The position numbers were made by a program, and so were the translations under genes. DNA of 64,000 nucleotides from Eledone cirrhosa (taxonomy: Eukaryota). Under the pieces are notes generated by a model that worked only from the letters and a program-made list of their open reading frames with translations, did no database searches and was not told where the DNA came from. The first letter of the stretch is position 1; each line of letters starts with the position of its first letter. Below, piece by piece: positions 39,488-51,135 of the stretch. The stretch covers positions 160,952,001-161,016,000 of the forward strand of contig OZ024743.1 in the NCBI GenBank assembly GCA_964016885.1, in the 5' to 3' direction.

Positions 39488-39489
<2 letters not shown>
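34960..39489 (-). mobile_element. Full-length R4/Dong-like LINE copy 2 inserted in (TAA)n
   Basis: Bounded by (ATT)n on both sides; its 5' terminus is homologous to that of copy 1 (34610-34670 vs 39430-39489). Confidence 0.95.
35036..38086 (-). CDS. R4/Dong-like polyprotein: reverse transcriptase, CCHC zinc knuckle, restriction-like endonuclease (1016 aa open; N-terminus continues in 38093-38428 across one frameshift)
   Basis: WKSPGPDG, YRPITCL, WIDYRKAFD, GIFQGDSLSP, HLLFMDDLK, YKYLG, CRIC..ETVAHIVSEC, RHD, NRPDLV, DVACPFD, KINRY. Confidence 0.93.
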   Translation of the reverse strand: MEMAGVVCQTSEPVGNEGEEVQRTEEPPEADNDLNTEINNTWNRDTATEEMNADGLGQDSVDILNLVVDELNNDSGRPMNLRFVDRKKLKETTAKVNKVIPYLEARSLHQCNNILKATANTVRKLLGIKARGNNRQERAEPWWKKRLSGQIGEMRNDIGKLESLLNGTLKNIGTKNRLEIKYKTRRKKLNIIIEELKQRIVAKSAKIRRYENRVSQYKQNRMFDNNQKMLFGQLEGKERGNDLIPGAGQTKTFWRGIWEQDVRHNVQAGWIETVQREIGEQAQQQTDLSITVETLKGQAKKLTNWKSPGPDGVQGYWIKHLTSLHPKLTAMFNDCLVSGEVPEWLTKGTTVLIMKDRIKGNDVTNYRPITCLSVMWKLLTSIVSEEIYHHLHTNNLLPDEQKGCRKKSRGTKDQLLIDKMVMGNCRRRHTDLAMGWIDYRKAFDMVPHSWITKSLEIFRVADNIRQLLGRSMGSWETELTSTGVSLGSVKIKRGIFQGDSLSPLLFVLALMPLTIMLRKVRAGYKLGRGELTINHLLFMDDLKLFGKSEKELDVLVDTVRIFSSDICMQFGIGKCGVIVMRRGRLSRSNGIQIPTGEMIKEIDSEEGYKYLGVLEADGIKNKKMKELLRTEYIRRVRSVLKSHLNSRNAISAVNSRAVSIIRYSAGILRWNVAEQKEMDRKTRKLLAIYNMFHKRSDVDILYLRRSEGGRGLISIEDCVQMEKNNLYKYVTYSKEPMLRTVLKEGTVGQGMSKEEITSRRKSSLKGKSLHSTFFEKTEFRDPQTWNWLRRGDLKKATEGMLMAAQEQALKTKWLKHHIYKEEASPLCRICGEREETVAHIVSECKHLAQTHYKGWRHDVMGRVIHWHLCKVNNLPHSEKWYEHRPEAVIENNQVKVLWDFRIQTDKKLEHNRPDLVVVDKEKRSCLIVDVACPFDTRVQEKEREKINRYQDLKWEVKRIWNCHEVKVIPIVIGALGTISKSFQGWLKKIGPFTLFGTLQKACLLGTARTLRYVLNI

Positions 39490-39552
<63 letters not shown>
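39488..39552. repeat. (ATT)n microsatellite between the head-to-head Dong and Tx1 elements
   Basis: Directly visible. Confidence 0.97.
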
Positions 39553-39759
39553 GGCGACCTACGTATTAAATCGTATTACCGTGAGCTCCGCAAAGGTTTG
39601 TTATTTTCAGTTGTTTAAAATTGCCATTTATGGAAATTTTTTTGTTAACTGTATATAAGTGCAGATACTTTGTTTTCTGAAAAGGACACTCAAAAAGATT
39701 GGGGCCAACATTTAAACTTTTACAATTATCAAACAAAAAAAAAATTTCTTTGAAAGATC

Positions 39760-41698
39760 ATGGCCGACCCACAGCTGAACCCAGTAGCTGAGAGCCTTCC
39801 TCACAAACTAACACCTCACACTGACACCACCATTGTAAATATTACTAGGTTTGCCAACACTAAAAATATAAGCAGTAGCAATATTTTAAATTTGTCTCAG
39901 GCAGACATTCATTTCCCGCCATTACCAATGACTGCAGGTGTTGAAGCCGCCACCCCACCACCACCACAGCGACAACAGAAACAAAAGAAAAAATAAATTA
40001 TCTCGTGATATCGAAATGAATTCAGCCAAAATGAACTCTTCCACACCGAACACGACTGACGCCACCACCACCACAACTGAAACTAAAATTAACAATAACA
40101 AAAATAACGATAACAACAAGAGCAACAATGACAATAAGAAGACCCTGTCTTTTGCCAGAGTAGCAAAAAAGTGCGAAACATTCCAGGTAACTCAGGAGGA
40201 ATTAGAAGAAGCCAAAAAAATGGTAAAGAAAGACGGGTACAGAGTCTCCCCCCCCCCTCGTCCCCCCCTCACCCCCACCTAATAAAATGGAGCATCGGCG
40301 CCTATGCACCGTGTCTTATCGGACGATTAATATAAAATCGCGCCGAGTGGAACGGGCATCCGAGACCCAAATCCAAAAAGCTTTGGGACATGTGTGGGCA
40401 ACAAAAACCCACATCAGACGTGGGCAGAAATATGGAACAGTAGACGTGTTCTTTGAAACATCACATCAGGCTAGAGAACACTCCATGGCCCCATTAAGAG
40501 GTGACGACTTCACACTCGTCCCAAGCTATTGTGGCCAAAGACTCGTGAAGATCAGGGTGACCCACGTTCCACTGGCCATCGAAATTCCCTGGCTAATGGC
40601 TGCCGTCCTCGCCGGCATCGAAGCCAACACCAAGATAATCGAAATAGCGAAAGAAAAGCAGGAGAACTGGTCCGGATCTGGGATGGAGCTCCTGATCCAA
40701 GCGGACCAAAAAAGCATTGAGGATATCCCAGAGGTAATAGACCTCACTGACGGTAGCCACCTCACGGTAATTGTCGAGGGTAAAAGGCCTAGGTGAGTCG
40801 TTTGTGGTGAAGGAACCCACCTAAGGGCTTTCTGCCCTCAGGCTAAAAGGTTGAGGTCACCTCTCTTACCCACCCCAGTGACTCAACCATCAACACCACC
40901 AGCAGCAGAAGTGGCAGCAACAACTGCATCAGCAACAACAGAAGCAACTGTAACAGTAACAACCCCAGCAACAGTAGCAAAACCAACACCACCACCACCC
41001 AACGCGCCAGAACTAGCACCAGCGCCTACACCATCCACCACGCCACAACCAAAACCAACGCCTGTGGAGGATTTTCCACTTCCCGACCTATCGCAATTGG
41101 AGACAGATTGTGACGACAGGAGTGGGAAACGGTATCAGAAAAAAAGAAAAACAAACCAAAGAAGAAAAATTCCCCTTCCTTCCCACTCCAAAAACATAAT
41201 ACAGAGGGAAACAAATAAACTATCAAAGAAAAAGGTTAGGACAGCTATGCCACCATCCACACCAGCATCACCAACAACCATCACCACAAACACCAACACC
41301 ATCACCATCATTAACCCCAACACCACCATCACCAACACCACAAAAGTCACCAAAAAGCGAAACAGAAACAAACCCACAACAAACGCAAACAAAACAAAAC
41401 AACCAAAACGATACAGACTACACAGCAATAAAGTTGAACAACAACCAATTATTACATCCAACACAACATGAGCACCACAGAAAAAGACTACACAACAAGC
41501 CAAAAGTTCACACTACCTCCACACATACAAATCAATCGCATGACACATAAACGTACACGACACTATAACAAAAATTCCCCCAAAACATCGGAGACTTCCG
41601 ACAAGCACTCTCCAGGAGGATTTATAAGGACATCCTTCCGGAAGAGGCCAGAAGCAGTGAAAAGGATGGAGAAACCATACTTCCTCTACGAGAAGTAA
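39760..41698 (+). pseudogene. Tx1 ORF1 (gag-like nucleic-acid-binding protein), fragmented
   Basis: LSFARVAK motif, RRM-like stretch, broken zinc knuckle R*VVCGEGTHLRAFCP at ~40791-40838, Pro/Thr-rich tail. Confidence 0.75.
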
Positions 41699-41737
41699 GG
41701 TAAGTGGTCTTTCCCATCTTTTCCACTCCATTTCAAC

Positions 41738-44700
41738 ATGACCTCACTCAGAATAGGCAGCTTAAATGCACGTGGCTTGGGGTCGTCATGGAAGCAAGGC
41801 CACCTGCTCAACGACCTCAGGTCACTACAAATAGATGTAGTAGCCATCAGCGAGACCAGAATCTCCGAAGCACGGGTCTTCGCACCGATCTTCGGCGATT
41901 ACGATGTGTACGCATCTCCCACCCGTCCTGGATCGGGGGGAGGAGTTGCTGTGTTTTTCGGAGAGGTTTGGATCTCGCCATACGGGCCATCTTCCTGGAC
42001 CCAGAGGGTAAGTTGGTGGTGCTGGACGTGACCAGCGGAGACGGGAAAGCTTTCAGGCTAGTGGCCGTCTATGGCCCGACAGGAGCAGGGCGGCCTGATT
42101 TCTTCCGGCGTCTGGAGACCTTTCTTTAGTGTTAGTGGGCGACTGGAACGGGATCTTAGATGCACGCTGGGATTGTGTGGGATTAGCGGATAGGGGAGGA
42201 GGGTGCAAGAGCCTTACCAACCTGCTCAGGCGTTTTGAACTGTCTGACAGGTACCGATTGGATTTCCCGAACCTGCCAGTGTGGACTTGGACAAATATCA
42301 TCGGGTCATCCAGATAGAGTATTTTGTAGGTAAATAGATAGGTCTAGCATAGGCTATCCACAATTCAAGATAGTCAGCTACACGGACCACAAATTCGTGA
42401 TCTGTGTGCTTGACTTAGATAGGCTTCATAGACGAGGACCCCGCTACTGGAAGCTAAACGCGTGCTTACCAGCGCGCAAGGCCTACAGAGACCGGATTAG
42501 CGAACTAGTTAAGCCGACGTTGACGGGGGCCATCGTCAACAACAAGTGGTGGTTTGCTCAGAAAAGAGCGATTAGAATAGAGTCCATTAGGTTTAGTAAG
42601 GCTTTAGCAATAGAGAAAAATAGAGCAGAGGGAGAACTAGTTAGAAAATTAGACGAGGCGCTCAGCAAAGGTATCGCGAACGACGTACATGCGGCGAAAT
42701 TGGCCCTTGACCAATTCTTCAATACAAAGCACGAAGGCTACGTTGTCAGAGCTAGGGTGCGTGCTCTCAGACACGAGGGGACGAAAGCCGTTCAATGGGC
42801 CCGAGTGGCGGAGGCGCGTCGTGGCAACAAAGCCACGATCCGGTCTTTGGTGGACCACGACGGGCGCATGCTACACGATCCCGGGCAAATGTGTGAAGCT
42901 TTTCAGCGACACTTCGCGCAACTGCTCGGGGGCAGCGGCGAGCCGGATCGAGGGATGGACTTTAGTGTCTACCTCGACGGACTGCCGCAGCTCTCGGCCA
43001 CTGAGACGGAGTGTTACTAAAAGCCGATAACAGCCGCTGAAGTACGGGAGGCAATGACTGGCTGCACAAGGGATAAATCGCCTGGTTTGGATGGTCTGCC
43101 CTATGAACTTTACGTACAAATGCCAGACTTGTTCGGGGGCCTCTTGGCGATGTCTACTGCAACTGGCAACAGAATGGGAGAATTCCCAGCTCTGTGAGCC
43201 GAGGAGCTGTGGCGCTGCTGAGAAAGGATCCGAACAAGGGGGATAACATAGATAATTTTAGGCCGATAACTCTGCTAAACACAGAGTTCAAGATTTTGGC
43301 CAAGGTGTTAGCAAAGAGGTTGACGCTTGTCGTTGGTGGTCTGGTGGGAGAGGCACAGACATGCGCCATTCCCGACAGATCCATACACAACAACCTCCAC
43401 CTCATGCGATACATCGTAGAGAGGGTAGCTAGGGAACCTGGCACAGGTGGGTCCTTGATCAATTTAGATCAGTCGAAAGCTTTCGATAGGGTCGACCATC
43501 GTTACCTAGCGGCAGTACTGAGGGCGGCTGGCTTTGGGCCCGTCTTCAGAGGCTGGATCGCTGCCATGCACAGCGACATCTGCTCTGTGGTGAGAGTGAA
43601 CGGTCACCTTTCGCAACCGTTCAACATCATACGCTTGGTCCGCCAAAGATGTCCTCCTCTCGTCCCTCTTGTACGTATTGACTCTCGAGCCATTACTGCA
43701 CAAACTGGAGACGTTGAGGGGGGAGGGGGGGCGGTCCCGCGCAAACTAGGATGCGGAAGATCCGTGTCAGCATATGCGGACGATGTCACTGTACTTATGT
43801 CGAACGCCAAACACATCGAGGCGATCGGCACTACACTAAAAGAATACGAAGCGGTGACAGGAGCAATGATCAACCAGTAAAAGTCAGTGGGCCTGCAGCT
43901 CCGCACCTGGAGAGGCAGGTCCATGCCGTCCAACAGCGTCGTCGGGCGCTGGACGGACGGACCGGTTAAATTGCTTGGGATCTGGTTCGGTCCGGATCTC
44001 CAGACGGACAAAAACTGGGACGAGGTGATGATCAGGGTGGCTTCTCTCACCCTGAAAGGTCGAGCGGAGGTGGCTAACGCGTACATCTCGTCCGTCATCT
44101 ACTACCGCCTGACCGTCGTACCTTGTCCTAAGCCCCGCCTGACTGCGCTGGAGCGTTTGCTCTTTCGCTTTTTGTGGAAGGGACGCGCTCCGATGGCTAG
44201 GCGGTCCATCTGCTGTCAACACCCGCTACGTGGAGGGCTGGGATGCGCAGACACGCGCTCAGGCTACGACATCTCCACCTCTTCCTCGACGGTGATCGGG
44301 TGTGGTCGCCGTTTGCTAGACTCTTCTTTCCCAGCTCGTCTCCTTGACGGAGCTGCAGTCCTGGGTCAAGCGAAGACCGAGAGGGAGCGCTTGGAGACTG
44401 GAATGTCTTCAGGCGCTCACAGCCCTCGACCAATCGGGCAATGTGATCGGTGGAAACTCCACCTTTGCGTTCTATAGAGGATTAATGGAGGAGAAGAGCG
44501 ACGACGTACTTGGGGAAACTCTAGGCGTCGACGAAAATCAACTAGCCAAAATCTTCGGATGAACTTTCGGGCCGGGGCCTATGGACAATTTCCAGAAATC
44601 CCTGGCCTGGCAGTGCTACCAAGGAGCTTTGCCAGTTCGGGATAAACTCTACAGGCATGGAGGTGCCGTCAGCCGGGAATGTCCGAGATGCGCGCAGGGC

Positions 44701-45096
44701 GACGAAACCGTCCTGCACGCACTCGTCCAGTGTCCGAGCATTGCTGACTTGTGGGTTTATGTCGAACACCTGCTGTCGCGTGTAGGACGGATCCAGCTAT
44801 CAGCTGAGTCCATCGTGAGGATTGCCCCGCCCTCTTCCTTTAGCCGGGAAGGACAGGCAGTTTTTATCTGTCTGGTGGCCATGGCGAAAGAGATAGTATG
44901 GTGGACACGTTTGAAAGGGCTGAAGACGAGCACTTACCTTTTCGGTGATGCCCTGATTAACTTTTTCAAATTTCATTTGAAAAGGAAAATCAGGGTAGAA
45001 AGGGAAATGCTCTCTTCCCAGCATTTTGTTGAAAGATGGGTGAGAGACGCAAGAATGGCCCGAGAGAATGGGCCTACTCTGAGTATGTGTTTGTAA
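41738..45096 (+). pseudogene. Tx1 ORF2 (APE endonuclease, RT, C-terminal Cys/His domain), frameshifted
   Basis: IGSLNARGL, AISETR, VGDWN, YTDHK, YWKLN, KSPGLDGLPYE, FRPITLLN, LDQSKAFDRVDH, AYADDV, CPRC..ETVLHALVQCP. Confidence 0.92.
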
Positions 45097-45363
45097 ATTA
45101 AAGGTGGAAAACTGGGAGAGGGCACTTGCCCTGGTGGTCAGGGTCACTGTGGTTTTTTAATGGGCTTTCTCCATGAATGTCCCTCGGAAGTCTCCCCCCT
45201 ATTGGGGAATTTTTTCTTTGTTCTATTATTACATCCTCTGTTTCTTGTTTTTTATACGCAGAAATGCCCATTTGTATCGTCCTGTACTGTCCTGTACTGT
45301 CCTTAATGTCTACTTTATGGAAACCCTTGTGGTTAATAAAGAAAGCATTATTATTATTATTAT

Positions 45364-45544
45364 GAATTGGCAGTATCGGTAGAGGGTTGAACGCCATGTT
45401 TTCTAGCATAGTTACGTTCCTTTACAGTCTGAGTTCAAATCCCGCCGAGGTTAACTTTGCCTTTCATCCTTACGGGGTCGATAAAATAAAGTACCAGTAA
45501 TGTACTGGGTAATTGCTGGCCTTGTGCCTAAAGTAGAAACAATT
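45364..45544 (+). mobile_element. tRNA-derived SINE (main family); a partial copy follows at 45577-45645
   Basis: Near-identical to 34695-34875, flanked by (ATT)n. Confidence 0.88.
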
Positions 45545-45913
45545 ATTATTATTATTATTATTTGAACTTATTATTAGTTCAACTCCCGCCGATGTTAATT
45601 TTGCCTTTCATCCTTACTGGGTCGATAAAATAAAGTACCAGTACACTGATGTAACACCCCTTATTTTTCGAGTACCCTGCACCGTATTCGATGCTGTCCT
45701 TTGTAAGTGTTCCATCCGTATTGTAACCCCTATTTGTGTCATGTACTTCACTCTTTGTTCCTAAGACTCCAACTATTATTGGTATTACCACCACCTATTT
45801 CAATGACCAAAACTGGTCAACCTCACAAGCTAACCTGTCATATCTATCATTCCTTTTTTCCTTCTTTATTGCATATCTTTTTATCAGCTGGACAGGCTGT
45901 ATATAAATATATG

Positions 45914-46068
<155 letters not shown>

Positions 46069-46463
46069 GTAAAATAAGAAAATTATAAAATTAACTTACT
46101 TACTAAAATTTCACTCCCAACTAATTAGTTTCTGAAATGGAATAAATATATTTTCCGAAGAAGATATAGAGAATCATTTCGTCGTCAGGGAAGTCTATTC
46201 TCAGCTAAGTTTCCAGGCAAAGCGTGGACTCTGGAAAACTTATACAAAAATAATTCAGTGGATAGAAAATACCAAAGCGTGGACTGAATTCCTAGCCATT
46301 GAGAAAATCACTGCCTACTGCGTCGGTGCCAAATTCAAAAAGAATCAATCACGTGACATCGAGGTTAATCAGTGGAAAGTGGTTTGTTAAGAATACAGCG
46401 GCCTGCCTGCTACCATAGCAGCAGTCTTGGCCAATATTGCTCGACAAATAATTTGGAGATAAT

Positions 46464-46520
46464 TATAAAGAATTAATATATCTAGTAACATGTATATATA
46501 TGTTACTAGATATATTAATT

Positions 46521-46527
<7 letters not shown>
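46464..46527. repeat. 28-bp perfect inverted repeat ending a repeat block at a (TA)n tract
   Basis: TATAAAGAATTAATATATCTAGTAACAT / ATGTTACTAGATATATTAATTCTTTATA. Confidence 0.85.
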
Positions 46528-46590
<63 letters not shown>

Positions 46591-46595
<5 letters not shown>

Positions 46596-46765
46596 AACCA
46601 ATAAGACCCCGACGGCTGAGCTCAAGCTAATTCTGAATTAGCCGTCGAAACTGCTTGAGCTCAGCCGTCGGGGTCTTACTGGTTCCTATTACCCACTCTA
46701 CTACCTTAAGTATTGAGTACTTTGGTGCGTTATGGTCCACCTGGTTCCTTACCACATTTCCTTCG

Positions 46766-46768
<3 letters not shown>
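46591..46768 (+). mobile_element. Fold-back PLE pseudo-LTR element (family A)
   Basis: Arms 46591-46627/46653-46689 plus tail to 46768, (TA)n on both sides, homologous to 7667-7874. Confidence 0.8.
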
Positions 46769-46833
<65 letters not shown>

Positions 46834-47779
46834 GATCCAACACTGTTTGCTTTCTTTCTCAATTAATACAACTAATCTCTCCCACTTTGTTCATTTTCCT
46901 CTTCTACTATACCCATAGTGATAATAGGATTTATCAATTCACGTGGTCTTGGTCAGCTTGGAAGTAAGTTCACTTACTAAACGATATCAAATCATTTACT
47001 ATAGATATAGTAAAGTCTAGTGAAACGAAGATATCATTATTGACTTCGATATATAACTAGATTGGTCAGACAAGAAAGTGTGCAGCGAGTGGTGTTTTAG
47101 GATCTCAATATATTTGTAGATATTTATTCAAATAGGAACCACTTATTTGCGTAGCTCGTTTCTTTATTCTCATCGGTTCCTCGTATTTAGTGGAACTATT
47201 TAAATGTTTTATCATTGTTAGACTGCTCTGAGGCAGTTTTGTTAAACATCTAATATGTATTAACCGTCTAAAGAAAGTTAAACGTTTAGATTCCATAAAG
47301 CTTCTAATCTTTTCTAGACATCTTATGTCACAGTTAGACTGCTAAACTATGTTAAACATCAAATCTATTTAAGACAGGTAACCTTTGTAAACATCAAAGA
47401 TGGCTAACCTTTTATTATTTTGTTGCACATTTTATTCGTAGAATATGTTAGCCACTAAATCTAACTGAATTCTTCGATCTTCTTATGATCAATAAATTCT
47501 GAACATAACATCAAAAACACACCAGAGGATCGATTGAGTCATTAAATTTTATGTCTTCAAATTTCAGATCGATAATGGTGCTAATTCATATTTTTTCGTT
47601 TCATATTTTGTCATAGCAACATTTCTATGATAATATCCATGGCTATTTCAATGTCTGCTATTTTAATTCTTGTGGACGGTACACTGATCGGAAGGTTCAA
47701 CATTTATCAATATCCATTCCTGGTTGACGTTTTGGGGATACCGTGACTGAAGATATGCTTCATGCACTTACGCTGTGAT

Positions 47780-49185
47780 ATTTGAAGATTAAAAAGACAG
47801 GGGAAGACTTTGTGGTTAAGCTGGAATCCGACTTTAGATCAGCAAATAAAGTATTCTGCCGACTTCATGATAAGAAGTCCTACATCATACCTGATATCAG
47901 GAACTTATCTGGGATTCTTCTCTCTAAAAAGAATTGCATCCCTGCAAAATGTAGAGAATATTTTGCTGATCTCCAAAATCCGGTCACAACATCTTATATG
48001 CATCTAGGTGTGAAGACTAACCTCTCGGGATCTGAGGTCACCAGATCAATTAAAGCTCAAATGTGGCAAGGCCTCTGGGGAGAATGTAATTCGATGAGAG
48101 TTGTTAAAAGCGTTAAATAGAGGTGTAGTTTGATTGATTTGTGTGTGTCATGTGGACTGGATTTCAGGAAAGGCACCAAAGCAATAGCAATAGAGAGTGA
48201 TTATTCCAATTTTCAAAAAGACAGACAATTAATTATAGCGGGAGCTATTTTTTAAGCCTACCCGTTAAATTCTGGGTGAAGTGTCTGGGCAAGAGATGTA
48301 AAACCTTACATCTCTTGTCAATACTAATCTAGCTGACGAATAGTGTGGCTTTTACTCCGGGCACTGCGCAACCGACTAAATATCCAATCTGAGGCAGATC
48401 TTCAAGGAATCGTGGGAGTATTGCCAAGAGGTGTATGCTTGTTTTGTGAGCTTCGAAAAGGCATACGACAACGATCTATAAGGCAGGTTGCCATGAAGTC
48501 CGTATACGAATATACTAGTATTTGCATTCGGATAAATGGTGCTAAGTCGAATCCATTCAATGTGGAAGAAAACTTGCATAATGCACTCTGTTACATATTA
48601 GAAGGTGGAGAAGTTCTTCAAGTATCTCGGAGCCATCTTGAGTTATGGAAGGCTGGAGGCTGAATTAAATGCAGGAATTACTAGAGAGAGGTTGCAGTAA
48701 TACACCAGATTTAGCATTCGGTAATTAGAAGATCGGAGATAGGAGATAAAACCCAAACTCGCTATTCGTGTCTACCCTTAAATATGATCATGAATCTGGG
48801 ATAATGACTGAACGAATTCGATCGCGAATACAAGCGACCAAAATGGATTTTTTCCGAAATGTCTTTGGTGTAAAGATACTTGATAGGGTTTGTAACGCAA
48901 AGATCAGAATATAGCTCAATGTAGAAACGCTACTTCTGACATGTGTTTAAAATGCCTACGCCAAACAGATCTTACGGACAAAAGAAACCGACAGAAGACC
49001 ACCGTTGATCATGCTTGAGGATCCAGCCGAATCATTTGAGTAAGGTTGTTTCTAATAGGATCCTTTGGAAGGCGTGTCTGAGAACTCTTGCCACCACGAT
49101 CCTCCAAGAAGAAGAAGAAGAAGAAGAAGAAGAAGAAGAAGAAGAAGAAGAAGAAGAAGAAGAAGAAGAAGAAGAAGAAGAAGAA
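47780..49185 (+). mobile_element. Old RTE/Expander-like LINE remnant with (GAA)n tail
   Basis: Degenerate motifs (REYFADL, VIIPIFKK, FCELRKG for FVDLEKA, FKYLG, IMTERIRSRIQATKMDF); ends in (GAA)n at 49107-49184. Confidence 0.7.
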
Positions 49186-49984
49186 TGTGTATCGTTGTCT
49201 TTTACTAGATACATCATTTCACATCGTCATTTAGTTAAGTTGCAGCCCTTATTCAAAGGTTACTAAACTGTTATTAGGCATTTGTCACTTACAGCCTTCT
49301 ACAACCTTGAAAATGCGATTGGTATACCGGCAACGCATACATTTTATAGGGAGTTAGTGACGGTTGTGAGTGATGGTGTCGTGTAAGAGTAGGTGAGGGC
49401 GCACTCAGCATTTTTTGCCGGAAGGCGTTCTGGTGGGTTTTGTGGGTAACCTCTAACCAACACATTAGAACACATTCATTCTAATCTAGTTTTTATAGGA
49501 AACTAGTTCTGTAAAAATTTTAACTGTGAATAAAACTAAATATATCAGTGTCGTTAGAGTGTTTTAAATAAACAGATTTATTGCTTGTCAGTGTCTTCTA
49601 GAAAATAATTAAATTAACCGAGAATCGTGCTATATTTAATTAGCTGCACATTCATCAATATTGAACAAGTCAGTCGTCAGTTAAAGAAACAATCAGAACT
49701 GGTCTTCATTTGTGTCACATTTTAGCATTTAACTGAAGATATTTTGTTTGTTGGAAATTCGTTTTTCTTTTGTTTTCTATTTTATTTCAGTGTCGTGTTG
49801 TACGGTGCACTGGTCTTCCCTTAGATGAGTCAAGTAACTAATCAGTTTTTAATATGATACGTAGTTGCTAGCCACTTGCTCAAGGTGCCTTCATTTCTGA
49901 AAAACGTGTTGTAGCCCCCGATCTGTTCACGGTGCATCGTGGGGCAGAGAGGGAGAAATAGTGAAAATAAGAGGGTGAGAGAGA

Positions 49985-50137
49985 AAACTCTATACCAGTA
50001 ATTAGCTGGAAGTTTATTAACTGCATAAGAATGAAAGCAAAGTTGACCTCATGGGATTTAACTTCAACATGCAGAGAGTCGGACCAAATACGGTAAAGCA
50101 TTTTCCCGACGCTCAAATAACAGTCAATTCGCTGCCC
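49985..50137 (-). mobile_element. Diverged SINE related to the main family
   Basis: ATGAAAGCAAAGTTGACCTC..GGGATTTAACTTC is the reverse complement of the SINE B-box/core region. Confidence 0.55.
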
Positions 50138-50957
50138 TTTTCTTTTATTACAAAGTAATGATTCGATGTTTTAACAAATAGAGATACAATAGTTTGAAAC
50201 GTTGAAGTTGAAAGTTCACTGGTGATTTTCCTAAGTAATGCAACTTTTCCTCAAGATTAGTTTGAGTTTAGTTTGAGGACTATAAAAAAGGGTATTTAAA
50301 AAGAATAAATCGTACAAGATGTAGGTAATCGGTTTTACGGGAGTATGAGTCAAATATATAATATAGGCTCTATGCTGACTGAAGCAATGATTCTTTGAAA
50401 TTGAGAATGAATGAACCTCAATAAATCAGTTCTCTAAACTAAATGAAATTTACATTTTTAAAGTCTTAATTTTATAAATTCTATATTTATATTTTATACC
50501 TTTTTTACTTTACCCATTCCACTGTTTTATGTCGTCTTTATCATCCCTATCATCACTATGATTAACATCAATGCCGTCTCTATTGTTTTCGATGATATTG
50601 CTTAACATGACACGAAGACATAAATGTATATTTTCACGTATTTTGTCTTTCTTTTCCGTTTTCACTCTCAATTGTTAAAGTTCACTGGAGAAAATACACT
50701 ATAAATGTCGGCATATAAAAAGACCTAAAAAATGTTCTCTTAATATATTTTTCCGTTATACTCAGTATTTTGTGGCATACTGACTATTTTCTGTAATACT
50801 TGCTGCTATGCTGTTTACCAGTATTGTGTACTAAATTTGTTACTCGGTACTATAGTTGCTGTTCCCGCTTTGTAAAAGGACAACAAATTTAACACATATA
50901 ACTAAGATATTCTTTAACAAATTACTTTTACTTTAATATAACGTAAACCTAGATGAG

Positions 50958-51135
50958 AGTGGATGGCAGAATCGGTAAAAAGCTACGGGATTTGATTACG
51001 TCCTTTTTTGTTGTTAATTTGAATACTGTCGAAGTATCACCTTTCTAGCATCAATAAAATAAATTCAATTCAAATACTAGGATCGATTTAATCGATTCTT
51101 CATTCTACTATAATATGCAGTGTTGTGTCTATAAT
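50958..51135 (+). mobile_element. Diverged SINE related to the main family
   Basis: TGGCAGAATCGGTA head and TCAATAAAATAAAT core remnant. Confidence 0.4.

Larger units (their letters stand above)
39553..45347 (+). mobile_element. Full-length Tx1/L1-clade LINE in (ATT)n, decayed
   Basis: Two-ORF layout, AATAAA and (ATT)n tail, (ATT)n also at the 5' end. Confidence 0.9.
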
